Shown here: one piece after another, positions 34,307 to 36,670 of the stretch
Layout: each line of letters starts with the position of its first letter
How positions within the stretch are numbered: the stretch's first letter is position 1
Source: an uncultured virus (IMG/VR IMGVR_UViG_3300011361_000001)
Lineage: Duplodnaviria > Heunggongvirae > Uroviricota > Caudoviricetes
Strand: one strand, 5' to 3'
Virus record (IMG/VR): IMGVR_UViG_3300011361_000001
Span: 186,001-222,670 of that record
Length of the DNA stretch: 36,670 bases
Made by a program: the position numbers and the translations under genes
Notes under the pieces: generated by a model
The model's database searches: none
What the model saw: only the letters and a program-made list of their open reading frames with translations
What the model was told of the DNA's origin: nothing

Positions 34307-34708
34307 ATGAACATTGAGATTCCCTCGCTAAGTGCCTCGGGTTGGGTGGGTGATGTCCCCGAAAAGCTGGATAAGTTACTGGGGTATTTCTTGGTGAGTG
34401 AGAAGTCCCAGTCCTTCTTTTACGAAGGTTCCATAGCCTCCTTTCCAGCAATCATCCAAAACAACACGGAGAAGGCTGACCGCCTGGCCGATGAGACTCG
34501 TAGCACGTTAGTCGCCCTGTTGTCGCGTTACTTTGACGCTGCTGAAGTCGATGCCGAAGCCAGAACCCCTGATGCCAATCGCCCCGACTTGATCGACCTG
34601 ACCTTGGATATCCGAGTGATGGTTGAGGGTAAACAGTACTACGCTGGCCGTGAGCTGTCTTTGATCAACTCCAAAGTCGCCAGCATTGCCGAAATCAACA
34701 ACGGTTAA
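34307..34708 (+). CDS. Conserved phiKZ-like hypothetical protein
   Basis: GAGG RBS; IPSLS..GWV and SQS motifs. Confidence 0.7.
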   Translation: MNIEIPSLSASGWVGDVPEKLDKLLGYFLVSEKSQSFFYEGSIASFPAIIQNNTEKADRLADETRSTLVALLSRYFDAAEVDAEARTPDANRPDLIDLTLDIRVMVEGKQYYAGRELSLINSKVASIAEINNG

Positions 34709-34724
34709 TAAGGAAGCATCCCGA

Positions 34725-35378
34725 ATGTCCGCTCCCATCAATGACAACCCGCAAAAGAACCTTGGTATCAACGAAGGTGCTGAAAACAGCTTCCGTGCCC
34801 GCATGCAAGCCCTACCCTTCCCCCAGGGTGATAAGTCGGCGCAACTGCTTTCGCTGCACAACCAACTGGTCGACATGATCGACATCGTGATTGGTGAGCA
34901 GAACCGTAAGCTCGATGCCATGGGCCGTGCGTTGTCTGACAAAGCGTCCCGCACCCAGCTTGAAGGCTTGGGCAACACCTTGATCGAGAAGATCGAACAC
35001 ATCCTACAGGAAGTGCGTCAGGGTACCCGTCATCACCACGACCATCCGTCCCAACCCCGAACTGTTTTGGAGATGATCGAAGCCGGTACTGCCCAGCTCG
35101 ACGTGTCCACCGAGTACAGCGAAAATGCTTTGGTTATGTGTGTACTGCGTGACGGTGGGCTGCATCTCTACGACGTGCTTCGTGATGCGAATGGCCTCCC
35201 TAAGTACGAACCCTTCAATACCGAAACCGACCACAGTCAACTAGCGACTGCCGTCCTCGAGGCGCATCGCCAAGGCCAGTACAAACCTGGTCAGTTGGTG
35301 TATATCACGGTTAACCTGATTACCACCGAGCCCCTGAACGATGATTCCTTCAGGGTGCCAGCTTCAACACAATCGTAA
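34725..35378 (+). CDS. Hypothetical protein with a coiled-coil N-terminus
   Basis: Likely start ATG 34725 after AAGGA. Confidence 0.7.
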   Translation: MSAPINDNPQKNLGINEGAENSFRARMQALPFPQGDKSAQLLSLHNQLVDMIDIVIGEQNRKLDAMGRALSDKASRTQLEGLGNTLIEKIEHILQEVRQGTRHHHDHPSQPRTVLEMIEAGTAQLDVSTEYSENALVMCVLRDGGLHLYDVLRDANGLPKYEPFNTETDHSQLATAVLEAHRQGQYKPGQLVYITVNLITTEPLNDDSFRVPASTQS

Positions 35379-35417
35379 AAAGTCCACAAGTAACTCTTTA
35401 TACACAACGGCTAGGGT

Positions 35418-35999
35418 ATGACCCTAGTCGTTTGTGTTGAGGACCAAACCATGACCAACAAAGAACCGATTGTAAAGAATAGCTCCCTCGTCAAAGAATC
35501 CATCACCGAACTATCCGAACTGTTCAAGAACGATGTGCCTCGTTGTACTGAAGAGTACTTCCAGATGACGATTCTGCCGATGTTGCTGAGCACCGAAGAA
35601 CACGTAAGCTTGGCTCCTTGGTTGCAGGTCTCTGACAACGTTAAGCGTCCTCTGGATGTCTATCGGGGTAATGAGCTGTTGTTCCGTTGCCCACCGATTG
35701 CCCGCAGGTTCAGCTTCAAGCCTGCTCGTCACCGGGGCGACACCATGTTCGAACACGTCGCTAAAGCCTTGCAAAAGGATGACGTGGTACCCACCTTGGG
35801 GCAGCGCTATATCGGCAATGCGGTTAAGAGCAAAACCCAAGTGGTGGGCTTAAGCGAAGCTGAGAAAGCTGAATGGCGTGTCGTGCTGCGTCACTTCGGG
35901 GTAATCAAAGACCCAGAGGCTACCCAGAAACCCACCGAGCCTTCCACTGACACTCCCTCGGCGAGTGGAGACTTCATTGATGACTACGAACTTGCGTGA
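35418..35999 (+). CDS. Hypothetical phiKZ-like protein; start may be 35451
   Basis: GAGGA RBS precedes ATG 35451; LFRCPP motif. Confidence 0.7.
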   Translation: MTLVVCVEDQTMTNKEPIVKNSSLVKESITELSELFKNDVPRCTEEYFQMTILPMLLSTEEHVSLAPWLQVSDNVKRPLDVYRGNELLFRCPPIARRFSFKPARHRGDTMFEHVAKALQKDDVVPTLGQRYIGNAVKSKTQVVGLSEAEKAEWRVVLRHFGVIKDPEATQKPTEPSTDTPSASGDFIDDYELA

Positions 36000-36670
36000 A
36001 CTGACCATCGCAGAGATTGGCGATGTGCATTTGGGGCACCACAACACGGACACTGCCCACATCATCGCTAACCTGTACCGGGAGTTCCCCGACACCGATG
36101 CCTTTGGTGAGCTGGATCTGTTCATCATCGCAGGTGACTTGTTCGACCGTCAGATAGACTACTCAGACCCCAATGTGGAGCTGATCGACAAATGGATGAA
36201 CGACTTTCTCTTGCAGTGTAAGAGACGTAACGTCATCTTAAGGGTCTTGGAAGGGACACCCTCGCACGACTGGCAACAAAGCGCGAACATGGTCTACGCC
36301 AATGACACCATTGGGGCTAACCTTAAGTACGCCGATATCCTCTCGATTGAGTATATCCAAGAACTGGGTATCCACATCCTCTACGTCCCCGATGAGTGGA
36401 AACACGACCCCGATGACGTGTGGTTAGACGTTCAACGGGTTCTAGCAGAACACCAGATCGAACAGGTGGACTTTACCGTTTTGCACGGCGCCTTTGAACA
36501 CCAGCTACCCGATCACGTACCGGCCCCTAAGCACAACTGTGAACGGTACCAGAACATCACCCGGTATTTCGTCTTTGGCGGACACATCCACAAGCGTTCC
36601 CAGAATGGCAACATCCTGGCGGCAGGTTCCTTCGACCGGCTCTCGCATGGTGAAGAAGAAGCCAAAGGGC
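35980..36670 (+). CDS. SbcD/Mre11-like metallophosphoesterase nuclease (partial, runs off the window)
   Basis: Translated by hand from ATG 35980 (GGAG RBS): GDVHLG, AGDLFD, LEGTPSHD, HG.F, GGHIH and GSF. Confidence 0.88.
   Translation, partial: MTTNLRELTIAEIGDVHLGHHNTDTAHIIANLYREFPDTDAFGELDLFIIAGDLFDRQIDYSDPNVELIDKWMNDFLLQCKRRNVILRVLEGTPSHDWQQSANMVYANDTIGANLKYADILSIEYIQELGIHILYVPDEWKHDPDDVWLDVQRVLAEHQIEQVDFTVLHGAFEHQLPDHVPAPKHNCERYQNITRYFVFGGHIHKRSQNGNILAAGSFDRLSHGEEEAKG

Noticed and set aside
1..36670. Stop-codon reassignment, suggested by in-frame TGA at 6982 and 19439
   Set aside because: Core genes are full length in the standard code, and many genes end in TGA or TAG directly before the next RBS or terminator.
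1..36670. tRNA, tmRNA, rRNA or CRISPR array
   Set aside because: No cloverleaf with a T-loop consensus and no regularly spaced repeats were seen by eye; the 21-bp repeat occurs only twice and flanks a gene.

Overview
This is a 36.7-kb segment of a nucleus-forming, phiKZ-like jumbo phage (Chimalliviridae-type). The right half holds the conserved core block: a family-B DNA polymerase catalytic subunit, chimallin (ChmA), the N-terminal beta-prime subunit of the non-virion RNA polymerase and a partial SbcD/Mre11 nuclease, with the PhuZ tubulin near the middle of the window. The left half is accessory: dCTP deaminase, DprA/SLOG-like, HD, ParB-GNAT and YiiX-like proteins, membrane proteins, four homing-endonuclease-type ORFs, and six proteins with a shared Trp/Lys/Gly N-terminal module that look like interchangeable tail-fibre tip adhesins. 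Five observations stand out. (1) A GIY-YIG endonuclease has invaded phuZ at its GCGG codons, leaving the original 13 codons stranded upstream and supplying a recoded replacement N-terminus. (2) A ~440-nt highly structured non-coding unit has its own promoter-like motif and terminator, and one of its loops is complementary to the chmA leader. (3) Two further structured intergenic regions occur. (4) A TTATGCCG motif is attached to most terminator hairpins. (5) An extended early-promoter consensus recurs five times. All family assignments come from motif recognition by eye; no database search or folding program was run.
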